Shown: one piece after another, positions 41,225-51,654 of the stretch
Numbering within the stretch: the stretch's first letter is position 1
Layout of the letters: each line of letters starts with the position of its first letter
Virus record (IMG/VR): IMGVR_UViG_3300037067_017859
Coordinates: 1-64,000 of that record
Reading direction: 5' to 3' (one strand)
Length of the DNA: 64,000 nucleotides
Source: a virus
Lineage: Duplodnaviria > Caudoviricetes
Position numbers and translations under genes: made by a program
Notes under the pieces: generated by a model
What the model was told of the DNA's origin: nothing
Databases searched by the model: none
What the model saw: only the letters and a program-made list of their open reading frames with translations

Positions 41225-44033
41225 TTCTGGATTTCGCCTGCTAATGCTCATTGGCAGGCGATACCTTGAATTAATCAAGGGGAAAGAGAGCAAGCCAATG
41301 CTACAACATTTCAAACCGTGCAATCGATCCAAAGAACGCATGGCTTATTATGCGGCTCCTGAAGGCAAAACGATCAAGGTCGAACTCTATTACACAAAAG
41401 GAGGAATCAGCTTCGCTACTAATAAACAAGTGCGAAGGGGAATCTTTATTTCCATTACGCCGGTGACATTAGAAAAGACTCAATCCGGTTTTACCTCGGA
41501 GTCTTTTATGCTTTTCTCAGGTACGCGAAGCCTATTATGTGAGCTCAAACGCTTTTCCGAAAAGGCATTGCATGATGTAGCCGAAAAGATTGACGACCTT
41601 ATTCCAAAGGTTGCTGCAAATATCAATGCAGAAACCGCGACACAAACCGATTTTGACACAAATGTTTTGTATCTCCGCGATTGCTACCTGAACCCTGAAC
41701 TTAGAAATTTAGCCTTTCCGGCGCCGGGTAGTGAAAAAACAAAGGCTTCCAATGGATAATAAAAAACGGCGTCCACAGTTATATTTGAGTTTTACGCTCC
41801 GTCCAGAAGAAACGATTTCAGTACTTCGCCATGGCGACCAAGCGATTATCATTGTCTCCGTAATCCAAAACGATTTTGAAGGAGGAGGAACTTTATCTGA
41901 ACCCAAATGGAGAAATTGTAGCCGTATGAAAGGAACTGGACAATTCGATAACCTCGAACTTAGAGGATATCTATCAGCCGATATGAACGGCGCTTATGGC
42001 TATCACGTGGCCTATTGGGATATCCATGAAGCTGAATCTAAACGGGCTGCATTAATGGCCAAAACCCTCAAAATGATTGAAAAGAAATTCTCTTATTACA
42101 ATACAAAGGAGGGAGACAGGCTTGATATCGGCGTGGAAGTAAACCGCTTTTGCCGGGCTATAGGCGCTGAAGGTCTTATTGAGTGGACAGAAACCATTTC
42201 CAATTATGATGATTGTCCTTATCGCAAATGGAATCTAGCGCAAATACCAAATGTCGTGAATTCAAGAATTGAAGGTTGGCATATCGAGCACCCGAATAAA
42301 TCAATTGCATAGCTTGGATTTCAGGACATAAGCCATAATCTTATGTCCTGATACCTTAGCTTATGCGAGGGGAAAGAGAGTAAACCAATGCCAAGAGTAT
42401 TTGACCTTAGCGAAACGGAAATTGTCCAATATCATCATATGCGCGATCGGACGCCGGATTGCAGAAACTTTTCCGGCGCTGGCAGGCGGCGCTATCCATG
42501 CCCTACGTGCGGCAAACCAAATCGATTGACTGAAACGGAATCTCTTGAGGGATTTCAATGCTCTAATTGTTCGAGGAAATCATAATTATGGATACCAATT
42601 GGGATAGGGAACCACAAATGGACGCTGAAAGAAAACCGTCAATGGAAGACAAAGGGTTTACAACAAAGTCTCCTTATCTAATGACAAAGGAAGAGCGCCA
42701 TAGTCTTTTCCAATGCCTGGAAGCGGAATTGCAATTGCAGAAGCTTCCAACATCATATGGGTTGCCTCGTTTGGCTCATTCCGACGAATTCATGATAATG
42801 CATACCACCGAAGAAGGTGTTATAGGATTTAAGCATATTGGCACCCGCAACTATGTTTTCCTGCTTCCTTCGGAAAGCCAGAACCGTAAGTATGAGCTTT
42901 ACGTTCCTGTGTCCAGAGAGCTTTTTATGCGTGGACAATTCGACGAATATTAGGATTTTATGAAAACCAGAAGATCTGTGAGGAATCAAAACATTCTTTG
43001 GAAAGAACTGGGAGGAAAACCCGATCCAAAGCCCGAACCAGTAAAAACCAAATGTTGTTGGAATTGCATATTTTATTCTAACTGCGGCCGGACAAATGGA
43101 ACTTGCAGAAAGCATGGGAAAAAAGTGGGAGGAAGAGAACAACTGAATTGTTATACACCAAACCTAAAAGGAATAACGCTATGAAAAAAGTTAAAGAACT
43201 GACCGATGAGGAATGCAGGGAGGTTTTAGACAGAATTGTTAGAGTAATGTATGAAAGCATTGATCCTGATACGGACAAACCTATTCTAGATCCTTTCAAT
43301 GAATTTAATGCCTCGATGCTGGACGATATCGCGGCGGCTCTTGAATCCTATGAGTTAGTTCCGGACGAAATTGTTGATCTGGAAGAACCAGAAACAGATT
43401 CTTTACCGGAGTGATTATCGAGCTTGGCATTCTGCTCCTGGGAATAGAATGCCAGGTCCGCTAATTAAAGCGGGGAAAAAGAGCAAACCATTATGGACAA
43501 TATCATTACTAAAATCGACGAAGCAAATAATCGGCTCATTATCAACTTGGCATTACAGGCTCCAGTAGCATCGGCCAGTGGGAAAACCCTCGTGGTCGCG
43601 TCCACCCGCGGCAACGTAAAGACCGGAGTCATGATCAATGGCAAAGAAGTCACTGTTGGCTGCAATGCCTACATAAAGCCCTAAAAATACTGAAAGGCGA
43701 TTTCACGGGCCACATTCTTTGTGGCCTGTGATACCGCTTTTTAGCGGGGAAAGAGAGAAACCATGAGCAAACCGAAAAAGGAAATATCTAAACCTCCGTT
43801 CAATGATCCGGAGTTAAGGCTAAAATTCAGACAGCTTGTTAATGCGGCCGTCAAACTCCAATGCATCCTATGGGACAGATTCGGAGAGATTGAAGGATTG
43901 TTGGGCAGAGATATTCAAGACTTCGACGCTAATATCCATGATCTTGCAGCGGCAAGCGACGAAGGGTTGATAGATGATAGCCAAGCTGAAACTTTTTTCA
44001 ACGAACTTGAATTCACTCCGGAGGACTAATCCG

Positions 44034-44948
44034 ATGATGCTAACCTTAACCGAATGGACGCCTGAAAGAATACCGATCAGTCACCAATTGCCTCCTATGC
44101 CGCACGAGGGATGTCTTCAAATACCCAAAGAATGTGAATCAGGTTGGGAGCAATTGCCACGTGCTGTAGAACCTGAAGCGGAAGAACCTGAGATTGAAGA
44201 AAAACCAAAAATCAAAGAGTCAGAATGTTTGATTAAAAAAAAGGACATTTTGGCTTATTTCAAAGGGAACGATAAAACCGGGTATACCTGCCATCCGCCA
44301 TGGATGAAATTATTTGAAATCTACACTCCACCAAGTTGCCCAAAGCCGCCGATCGATAAGAAGATAGCAGCTACCATCGAAAGGTTGACCAAGAATATTC
44401 AGAAAAGTTATGTCCAGCACCTTCCTGCAAACAAAAATCATAGGCAATGCGATGCTTACATCGGCTCCCGAACAAAAGATTATAAATATGAATGTGTCGC
44501 AACTGACGAACACCGAGCTATCCTCGTGAGGAGGAATGATAAGCAGAAAAAAGTCAATGGGGTTAGCTCATGGAGGCTATGGAGTGTTAATGAAGTTCCG
44601 AGTCCAGGCGAACCGTCACTAACCCTGACGGATCCTGATATTTTTGTTGCCATTAAACGCCTTTCCACACTTCTGGACACTAAGTATTGGTTCATTGTTT
44701 TAAACTGGAATGATTCAGGGAAATTAATCATTTCCGCCGAGAATTCATTCAAGGAAGAAGGAGTTGAAGAATTTTCTTGTAAAGCCACCTATTCCGGCAG
44801 AATTGCTTTAGACCCTCGTTATGTTCTTCCTGCGCTTGGAACATGGCCATTAGTTATGTACCAGAAAGAAAAAAAGAGTCCTGCAATCTTTATGCCGGAC
44901 ACAAAACAACGTGAATTCATGTACGTGCTTATGCCAATGCAATTATGA
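44034..44948 (+). CDS. Protein with a C-terminal sliding-clamp (DnaN)-like region
   Basis: VATDEHR (compare DnaN ATDGHRL), LIISAEN..EEGVEE, IALDPRYV, terminal FMYVLMPMQL. Confidence 0.6.
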   Translation: MMLTLTEWTPERIPISHQLPPMPHEGCLQIPKECESGWEQLPRAVEPEAEEPEIEEKPKIKESECLIKKKDILAYFKGNDKTGYTCHPPWMKLFEIYTPPSCPKPPIDKKIAATIERLTKNIQKSYVQHLPANKNHRQCDAYIGSRTKDYKYECVATDEHRAILVRRNDKQKKVNGVSSWRLWSVNEVPSPGEPSLTLTDPDIFVAIKRLSTLLDTKYWFIVLNWNDSGKLIISAENSFKEEGVEEFSCKATYSGRIALDPRYVLPALGTWPLVMYQKEKKSPAIFMPDTKQREFMYVLMPMQL

Positions 44949-45884
44949 ACAATCTAAGTCTGGTCGTGTAAACCGGGTTTACGCGACCAGACTCCGCTTT
45001 TAAGCGGGGAACTGAGGAAGAAAGGAAATTAAATCAATGGACGAATTAACAGAAGATCAAAAGATCGGAACATGTTCCTGGTGTCATGAGAAAAAAGTCC
45101 TCATCTATAAGGACACCAAACGCTGCGATTCCTGTGATAACCGCTTTACCTATTGTGAAATATGCGAAGAAGAGCAATTTGAAGATGATCATTGTCGTCA
45201 CTTATTTTGGTCTGAAGGCTACGGATGGAGTGGAAGCGGGACAACCAATACAGATTACGACAGCATAAAAGCCTCGCTATTGAAACTCCTTCAATTTATG
45301 CCGTCTGGATTCGCGGCAGAACTCCGAACGGCCATTCTTAGCAATGAATTCCGTACTTTTACGATCGGCAGTCTATTGAGGATCGATTGCGTAGAATTAG
45401 AGGGGTTTCATCCTTCCTTGAAATACAGCAAGAAATTGATTGACCTTGAAAGTAGCGACCATGCCGAAGAAACAGCCGATGGTTATAATTGGCTTGCGAG
45501 TTTATGTGAGAGTGATACGGCAGAAGCCAATGCCCTAACAATCAAATGGATCGAGGAATTCTTAAAATGACCAAACTCGAACTTGGGAGGAAGAACATGC
45601 AGAAGGAAAAGCTATTCGACGATCGAAAGCAAACCAGGCGAAGAAGACCGAATTTCGGGAAACGATACATTCCAAAACATAAAACCCCGTTGCCCATCGA
45701 AGATTACATTGATGCATTTGGGAGGAAAGACAAGGCCGGGCGTGAAAACCAAAAATAAAGGAGGGTTCTATGGGCAGAAATTGGCAACCGAAGCTCAAAT
45801 GCAAATGCAGCAATTGCGGGTGGACCGGAAAGCGTACTTTAAGAATGATGTCTAATTATTGCCCCAACTGTGGGAAATGGGGAA

Positions 45885-46601
45885 CTATTCGTCAGGATCC
45901 GGAATGACATCTTCATCGTCTTCATCGGAGATTTCATCAACCGATGCAGTTTCTTCCTCTACCGGGGTTGCCTCTGCATCAATAACCATTTCACTATTTT
46001 GGGGGATTTGATCTTGAGTATTAGCAGCATTCATTCTATCCATTACAGTACGAAGAAGATCTTCAGAACTCCGGATTCCAGACTGCTGGCGGGATTCGCC
46101 TCCACCGATGTTCAAACTCTGCTGATTGACGCTGACATTGATGGCTCCCGGCTTCTCCGTCATTCCAACCGCTTCGCGGTATTCTTTCAATGGGCTCGTG
46201 GGAGTCAGGCCGGCCGCCAAGAATTGCTTGGCTTCAATATCCAGGGATTCACCCAAGAGGCGCCGGTACTTTTGACCCTCGGTACGCTGAATCAGCAAAC
46301 GGTTTCTGTCATTCTCATGCGCAATAAGCGTTCTGGTTTGGTGAAGGCTCTTGACATGCTGGAGGTCACACTCAATGTCTGCAAGATTGCACTCTTCGCC
46401 ATTCCTATTAAGAAAAGCGACGATCTCCTCTTCAGTAAATCCGGAAATATAATGGCTGTAGACCGTGACAGCCCGATCGTGAGAAGGATAACCATTTTTA
46501 GCGCCACGCTTACTCTGCGGCGGGACATCGCTTTTGGTGATGGCCCATTCATAACCTTGTTTCATAACGTGATGATACAACATCAAAGATAAAATTAACA
46601 A
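45885..46601 (-). CDS. Hypothetical protein, possibly terminase small subunit
   Basis: Helical N-terminal region, INVSVNQQ..IDAE tail, acidic C-terminus; weak support. Confidence 0.35.
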   Translation of the reverse strand: MLILSLMLYHHVMKQGYEWAITKSDVPPQSKRGAKNGYPSHDRAVTVYSHYISGFTEEEIVAFLNRNGEECNLADIECDLQHVKSLHQTRTLIAHENDRNRLLIQRTEGQKYRRLLGESLDIEAKQFLAAGLTPTSPLKEYREAVGMTEKPGAINVSVNQQSLNIGGGESRQQSGIRSSEDLLRTVMDRMNAANTQDQIPQNSEMVIDAEATPVEEETASVDEISDEDDEDVIPDPDE

Positions 46602-46620
46602 AGGATCTTTAAGGAGGCCA

Positions 46621-47439
46621 ATGATCTATCCTCACGACCATAAAGAGGAATTTATAGAGTTGGAATCTGGCCTTATCGTGCCACGGGATGCCATTCCTAA
46701 ACGGCGTCCAACCTGTGTCGATTTGTTTTGCGGATGCGGCGGCATGAGTTTGGGCGTAATTCAGGCCGGAATGGAAGTAGTTGCAGCCGTCGAATGGGAC
46801 TATGCGGCCGCGCAAACTTATCTCGTAAACCTTGGAGAGTATCCCTGCGAGATCATCGGAATCGATCCTGGAGATCGAGAAGGTTTTTCAGATTATTTGG
46901 AAAAACAATTCAATAAGCAAAAGCCCCAAAATGGCGTAGTGCAATTAGACGTATGCGGAAGCGGGTGGAGAGCGCACAACCCGGAAATTCCTGGGGTTAA
47001 GCATTTCTTTATAGGCAACATACGCAATCTGACCGGCAAGCGCATCCTCGAAGCTGTGGGCCTTGAGCAAGGAGAACTCGATTTAGTTTGCGGTGGTCCT
47101 CCTTGTCAGGGCTTCTCACTCTCCAATTCTAAGCGTAGCGCCGATGATCCTCGGAATAGCCTTGTTTTTGAATTTGTGCGTCTGATTCTTGAAATGATGC
47201 CCAAAACCATGGTGATGGAGAACGTCCCTCAAATGGCGAAAATGGTTACGCCATGGGGAACCAATATAATAGACGAAATTGCTCTTCGGCTGGAAGCTGG
47301 AGGATGGGGAGTTGCTGAAGGCGTCAGGCAAACACTTTTAGGTGGGAAGGATCGAGGAGGGGCAATCAAACGGCCTAAAGAGACAAAAACTATAAAAACA
47401 AATAAGCAAAAGAAACTAAGTTTTAAGAAAGGAAGTTAA
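46621..47439 (+). CDS. C5 cytosine DNA methyltransferase, N-terminal half only
   Basis: DLFCGCGG (I), GGPPCQGFS (IV), MENV (VI); motifs VIII-X not visible. Confidence 0.8.
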   Translation: MIYPHDHKEEFIELESGLIVPRDAIPKRRPTCVDLFCGCGGMSLGVIQAGMEVVAAVEWDYAAAQTYLVNLGEYPCEIIGIDPGDREGFSDYLEKQFNKQKPQNGVVQLDVCGSGWRAHNPEIPGVKHFFIGNIRNLTGKRILEAVGLEQGELDLVCGGPPCQGFSLSNSKRSADDPRNSLVFEFVRLILEMMPKTMVMENVPQMAKMVTPWGTNIIDEIALRLEAGGWGVAEGVRQTLLGGKDRGGAIKRPKETKTIKTNKQKKLSFKKGS

Positions 47440-47442
47440 CCG

Positions 47443-48030
47443 ATGAGCCACCTATTTCTCACTGAAGAGAAAATTCACATCCTCCTGGAGTCGGCAAAGG
47501 CTAATCTTCGTGACTATGCTTTACTGCACATGGCGGCAAGCACAGCGTTGCGAGGATCCGACCTTCTCAGAATCACCCTCGAGGACATGGTTGATAGGAA
47601 CGGCGAAATCATCAGGCTGCTCCGATTAAAGATGAAGAAGACCGCCCAATGGATCGAACGGCCGCTCCGGGACGATTGCCGGCAAGCTGTTTTTACCTGG
47701 ATCAATAGCCGGAGAGACAAAAACCCTTATCTCTTCATTTGCCTTGGGAATGAAGGGAAAAACAGAAAAAAACCATTAAGCAGAATGGGTTATGATCGAA
47801 TTATCAAAAAATACCTGGCTTTGCAATATCATGAATCCGTTTTGCAGGGATGCTCGACACATACGCTGCGGCGATCCGTGGCGAAGCTCGTCTATAAGAA
47901 GACCGGCGAAATTGCCGCGGCGCAATCGCTTCTTGGGCATCATTCCCCCATCAATACCATAAAATATATCGATCCAAACGAAATCAAGGAGAAGGCTAAT
48001 AAAGTGGTTTTGGAGGATCTTCAATGGTAG
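47443..48030 (+). CDS. Tyrosine recombinase (catalytic domain only)
   Basis: LRGSDL, HTLRRS, LLGH, KY catalytic motifs; 195 aa. Confidence 0.85.
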   Translation: MSHLFLTEEKIHILLESAKANLRDYALLHMAASTALRGSDLLRITLEDMVDRNGEIIRLLRLKMKKTAQWIERPLRDDCRQAVFTWINSRRDKNPYLFICLGNEGKNRKKPLSRMGYDRIIKKYLALQYHESVLQGCSTHTLRRSVAKLVYKKTGEIAAAQSLLGHHSPINTIKYIDPNEIKEKANKVVLEDLQW

Positions 48031-48567
48031 AAAACGATGATCCTACCAAATTCGAGGTTGCCTGCGTTCATGGCACATCTATTATCAGGCGTAAGGTCGT
48101 AAATGAAAAGGGATTTGAAATTCTACAAAGGATGGCGGAAAGAGCAACAAATGGACAATATCACTGGATTAGAGTAAATTATCCCGATTCGACAACAGAG
48201 CGGGTGCTTGGGGAAGTACCTGGGGCTCATAACCCTGGTAAAGGCGGTCCGACTCCGCCACCCGCTACCAAATTAAAATTAAAAGAACCAAGTCCTTTTA
48301 AAGGAGACCCTGGCGATTCAACAACCAAATGTCTTGGTTGTGATAAGGATTTGGGATACCCAACAAGCAGAAAAAAACCATCTGCATGGTGCCGGTCCTG
48401 CTATCCAAAATATAGAGCTTATCTCAAAGATGAAGTTAATCCTTATAACTATGATTTTCCGATTTATAATTATGCGTCAGGCCATAATTCAATAAATTTA
48501 AGAATAAAACAAAAAATGCAATATGGGTTCAGGATTCTTTATGCTTCATATAACGAAGGATAGAGTC

Positions 48568-48597
48568 TTGACACTCGAATCGTAATCCGGTTAGAAT
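48568..48597 (+). promoter_or_regulatory. Sigma70-type promoter followed by a GC hairpin
   Basis: TTGACA-N18-TAGAAT; GGGGG...CCCCC stem about 48618-48647. Confidence 0.45.
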
Positions 48598-49242
48598 CAT
48601 TTTGCTTGGTTTCTCTCGGGGGGTTCGCTTGATCGGGGCAGCCCCCCACTCCTTTATTTGCCAGTCAATTCAAGAAATATTCCAATAAAACCTCGAGACA
48701 TAGCCCAGGATTGTGCAGCCGAGAATCCATTGTTTTTGAGTATGCGACGGATTTTATGCCGAGGGTAAGTACGTTCGTAATAACGGGCAATCTGAGACTT
48801 CCTTCGTCCAAGATGACGAACCTTTGCCGCGCCTTTTTTGGGTTTCTTAGAGAGATCTCCCATGATTTAAGCTCCTTTGAAAATCTAAAGTGCTGTCGTC
48901 ATGGAAGACCTCCTTATGCCTGAGAGTGATGTGCGAATGATCACCACGTTTACTTCAACAACCTTCATCATAATATTTTTATTACTGGTGTCAATATGAT
49001 TTTGCTATACTCTGTCCGTTAAAGGAACCTCAGAAAGACCCCATGGCCAAGCGTTGCGATCACGATGATAATTATGTTTGTCAGAAATGCGGCGAGTGCT
49101 ACCAATGCCAGCATGAGCAAGAAGAATTTGATGGTTATATATGGTGGAAATGCCGTTTTCAGGATCGAGTTCATAGAACCAATACCGCAGGTAAAATCGT
49201 TGAAATTGTAGGGAATAATTTCGGACAGGATTAAAACAAGTT

Positions 49243-51126
49243 ATGCATCCAAGTGTAATGGACTTCTTGAGAAAAAATATAATTGGCGAAGAATTCGAGG
49301 GAAAACGAGTTCTGGAGATCGGAAGCATATACTGGGACGTCAGCCCTCGAGACATCATCATTCCATTAAAGCCTGCCCTATATATTGGGATTGACGAACG
49401 GCCAGGTAAAGGCGTCGACGAAGTAAGATCCGCTAATGAACTGTCCAACAGATTCGAGCCCGGCTGGTTTGACGCCGTTGTTTGCACCGAAGTTCTTGAA
49501 CATGCAAAAAACTGGCGTCTGCTAATCGAACAGATCAAATATGTCCTCAAACCTGGAGGGGTTCTTTACTTAACATGCCGCGGTGAGGGTTATCCTTACC
49601 ATGAAGAACCGAACGACTTCTGGAGATTTTCCGTTAAGAACATGGAGGGAATCCTTTCCGATATGATCTGCTTCATTGAACCAGATCCGCAATTCCCTGG
49701 AGTATTCGCTAAAGCTTTTTTAAGCCAGGAAGCTTTGAGGCCGGCGAAGCTTTATTCCATTTTCCCAAAACCTATATATCCCCCGACGCATCATCTTTCA
49801 CATAAGGGTCCGCCAGTAGACCAATCTATAAAATTCACTGTCATCACAGCCACAATACTTAGACCTTCACTAAAAACCGCCTGTCGGCGCCTGGAGGCCC
49901 AAACGTATAAAAACTGGGAGCACATTGTCATGATTGACACTCCCGGCGCAGATATCCCTGAATGGCTGCCACATCCACAAAGGAAAATCAGGGTTTGCCC
50001 AATACCTCACAATAACGTGGGAAATAGCTGCCGATCTAACGCTTGGCCCCTGATAACCGGAGATTACGTCATTTATTTGGACGATGACAATCACTACCAC
50101 AGCCGCAGTTTAGCTCTCCTTGCAGAGGCTATTATGCGAATGTCTCCGCATCCGGAATGGGGAGTGTTCCCAATGGCAAGGATGGGCAAGATATTTTTTA
50201 ATGTCCCACCAGGTAAGAACAAGACTGATACTGGTCAATTCTTTCATAAGCCGATCGTCCGCGGGATTGAGATCCGATATCTTCCCATAAACGACTATGC
50301 CGCAGACGGAGAAATGGTCGAGAAGCTTTCCAGAATATGCAAACCGGCCATCATTAATCCGGAAATCCCTCTCATAAACATGCCAGTGAGAAGTTTCGGT
50401 CTGAGGTCTGACTATTTTGCCAAGACCGAGGCAAGTAATTTCTCAGTAATTATTCCTAATCGATTCGAGGATATAATCCGACCGCTTATTCATTCGATCA
50501 AATTGCACGAACAGGATCCATGCCTGAACGTCCTTATTGTCGGAGATTGTCATAGTAGGGATTACGGATTTTCAAACCTAAGACTGGATTATGAAAAATT
50601 CATCTTTTCCCGAAACGTCAATGCCGGAATCAGGTATGTGGATCCAGATGACGTAATTCTTGTGAATGATGATATTCGTCTAATAATGCCTACCTTCCAA
50701 ATCCTTCACCGGATTATGCAGGAAAATCCAAAAATAGGGATACTCACGCCTTTAGTCGATGGAGGAGTGGGAAACCCTAAACAAGTCGCTGAAAATGTGC
50801 TGACTGGAAACACCATGCCTCCTGAATTAACCTATTCAGCTTGCACTAAAGACGATTATCTTACCTTCCCTATTGTCTGCCTGAAGAGAAAACTCCTCAA
50901 TGAGATGCTTTTCAATGAGGATTTTGTGTCTTACGGGAAAGATGACGCTGACTTTTGCATTCGCGCCGGCCGGCTTGGATGGAAAGCAGCGGTTTACAAC
51001 TGGATTGTCTGCCAACATGGCTCGGGCGGAAGTGAGAACCTCCGCGGAAAGAATTGGAATACGTCTTTCATGCGGCGCCCGGAACTTTTGGTAGGAGAAG
51101 ATGTTTTTTCCAAAATTCACAAGTAA
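49243..51126 (+). CDS. SAM-methyltransferase + two GT2 glycosyltransferase domains (fusion)
   Basis: VLEIGS, CTEVLEH, LKPGG; YLDDDN; LVNDD and YGKDDADFC. Confidence 0.8.
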   Translation: MHPSVMDFLRKNIIGEEFEGKRVLEIGSIYWDVSPRDIIIPLKPALYIGIDERPGKGVDEVRSANELSNRFEPGWFDAVVCTEVLEHAKNWRLLIEQIKYVLKPGGVLYLTCRGEGYPYHEEPNDFWRFSVKNMEGILSDMICFIEPDPQFPGVFAKAFLSQEALRPAKLYSIFPKPIYPPTHHLSHKGPPVDQSIKFTVITATILRPSLKTACRRLEAQTYKNWEHIVMIDTPGADIPEWLPHPQRKIRVCPIPHNNVGNSCRSNAWPLITGDYVIYLDDDNHYHSRSLALLAEAIMRMSPHPEWGVFPMARMGKIFFNVPPGKNKTDTGQFFHKPIVRGIEIRYLPINDYAADGEMVEKLSRICKPAIINPEIPLINMPVRSFGLRSDYFAKTEASNFSVIIPNRFEDIIRPLIHSIKLHEQDPCLNVLIVGDCHSRDYGFSNLRLDYEKFIFSRNVNAGIRYVDPDDVILVNDDIRLIMPTFQILHRIMQENPKIGILTPLVDGGVGNPKQVAENVLTGNTMPPELTYSACTKDDYLTFPIVCLKRKLLNEMLFNEDFVSYGKDDADFCIRAGRLGWKAAVYNWIVCQHGSGGSENLRGKNWNTSFMRRPELLVGEDVFSKIHK

Positions 51127-51654
51127 ACCCGGTTTACATCCAACTTTCACTTTTTTCACCCTCGTATAATGCCCCAGGATCAACAATCATCCTTCCACTG
51201 CCATACGAATACCTTGTCGGGTGGATTAATTAGGCTGTTCATGGAATGCCAAGCCAGGCGGGGTGTTTTAGTAATTAGTCAAACCCTGGTTTACGAGAAT
51301 AAAAGAGCTTGTTGTTTCTTTTTCTCTTTTTTCTGGAAAAAAGCAGCGGCGGCGGCACGGGCTTCTTCTTTGTGACGGTTAATTTCTGCTTCTAATCTTT
51401 TCATTTCTATTCGTTCCTGCGCTGCGTCATAAAGCCATTTACTGAATAGGCCGGGAATTCTCTCAATTGCCTTTTCCATGTCCCGGCGCCTCCCGGACTT
51501 AATCCCGGTTTTCCCATTGCAGAAACAACCAGGATCATATCCGAGAGATCCATCGCGGAAGAAAAAGAATCCCCGAATCCAATGGCACCTTCTACATTCC
51601 AAAAGTTTGAGTTTATGGCCATTGGAATAAGCGGACTTCAGCTTTTCATAATCT

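Larger units (their letters stand above)
40699..45039 (+). repeat. Six copies of a two-hairpin leader motif preceding start codons
   Basis: GATTTC-hairpin-GATAC-hairpin-GGGAAAGAGAG-N-AAACCA-ATG at 40699, 41230, 42317, 43699; divergent copies at 43423 and 44958. Confidence 0.8.
37720..45570 (+). other. Block of about 20 small co-oriented hypothetical genes (early/host-takeover-like)
   Basis: Dense short plus-strand ORFs with RBSs, opposite to the rest of the window; includes a YYGGPEEGGWW protein at 38696-39091 and a Cys-containing protein at 40171-40689. Confidence 0.6.

Noticed and set aside
47443-48030. Prophage integrase marking an att boundary
   Set aside because: It lacks the arm- and core-binding N-terminal domains, phage-type genes continue on both sides, and no host genes are seen
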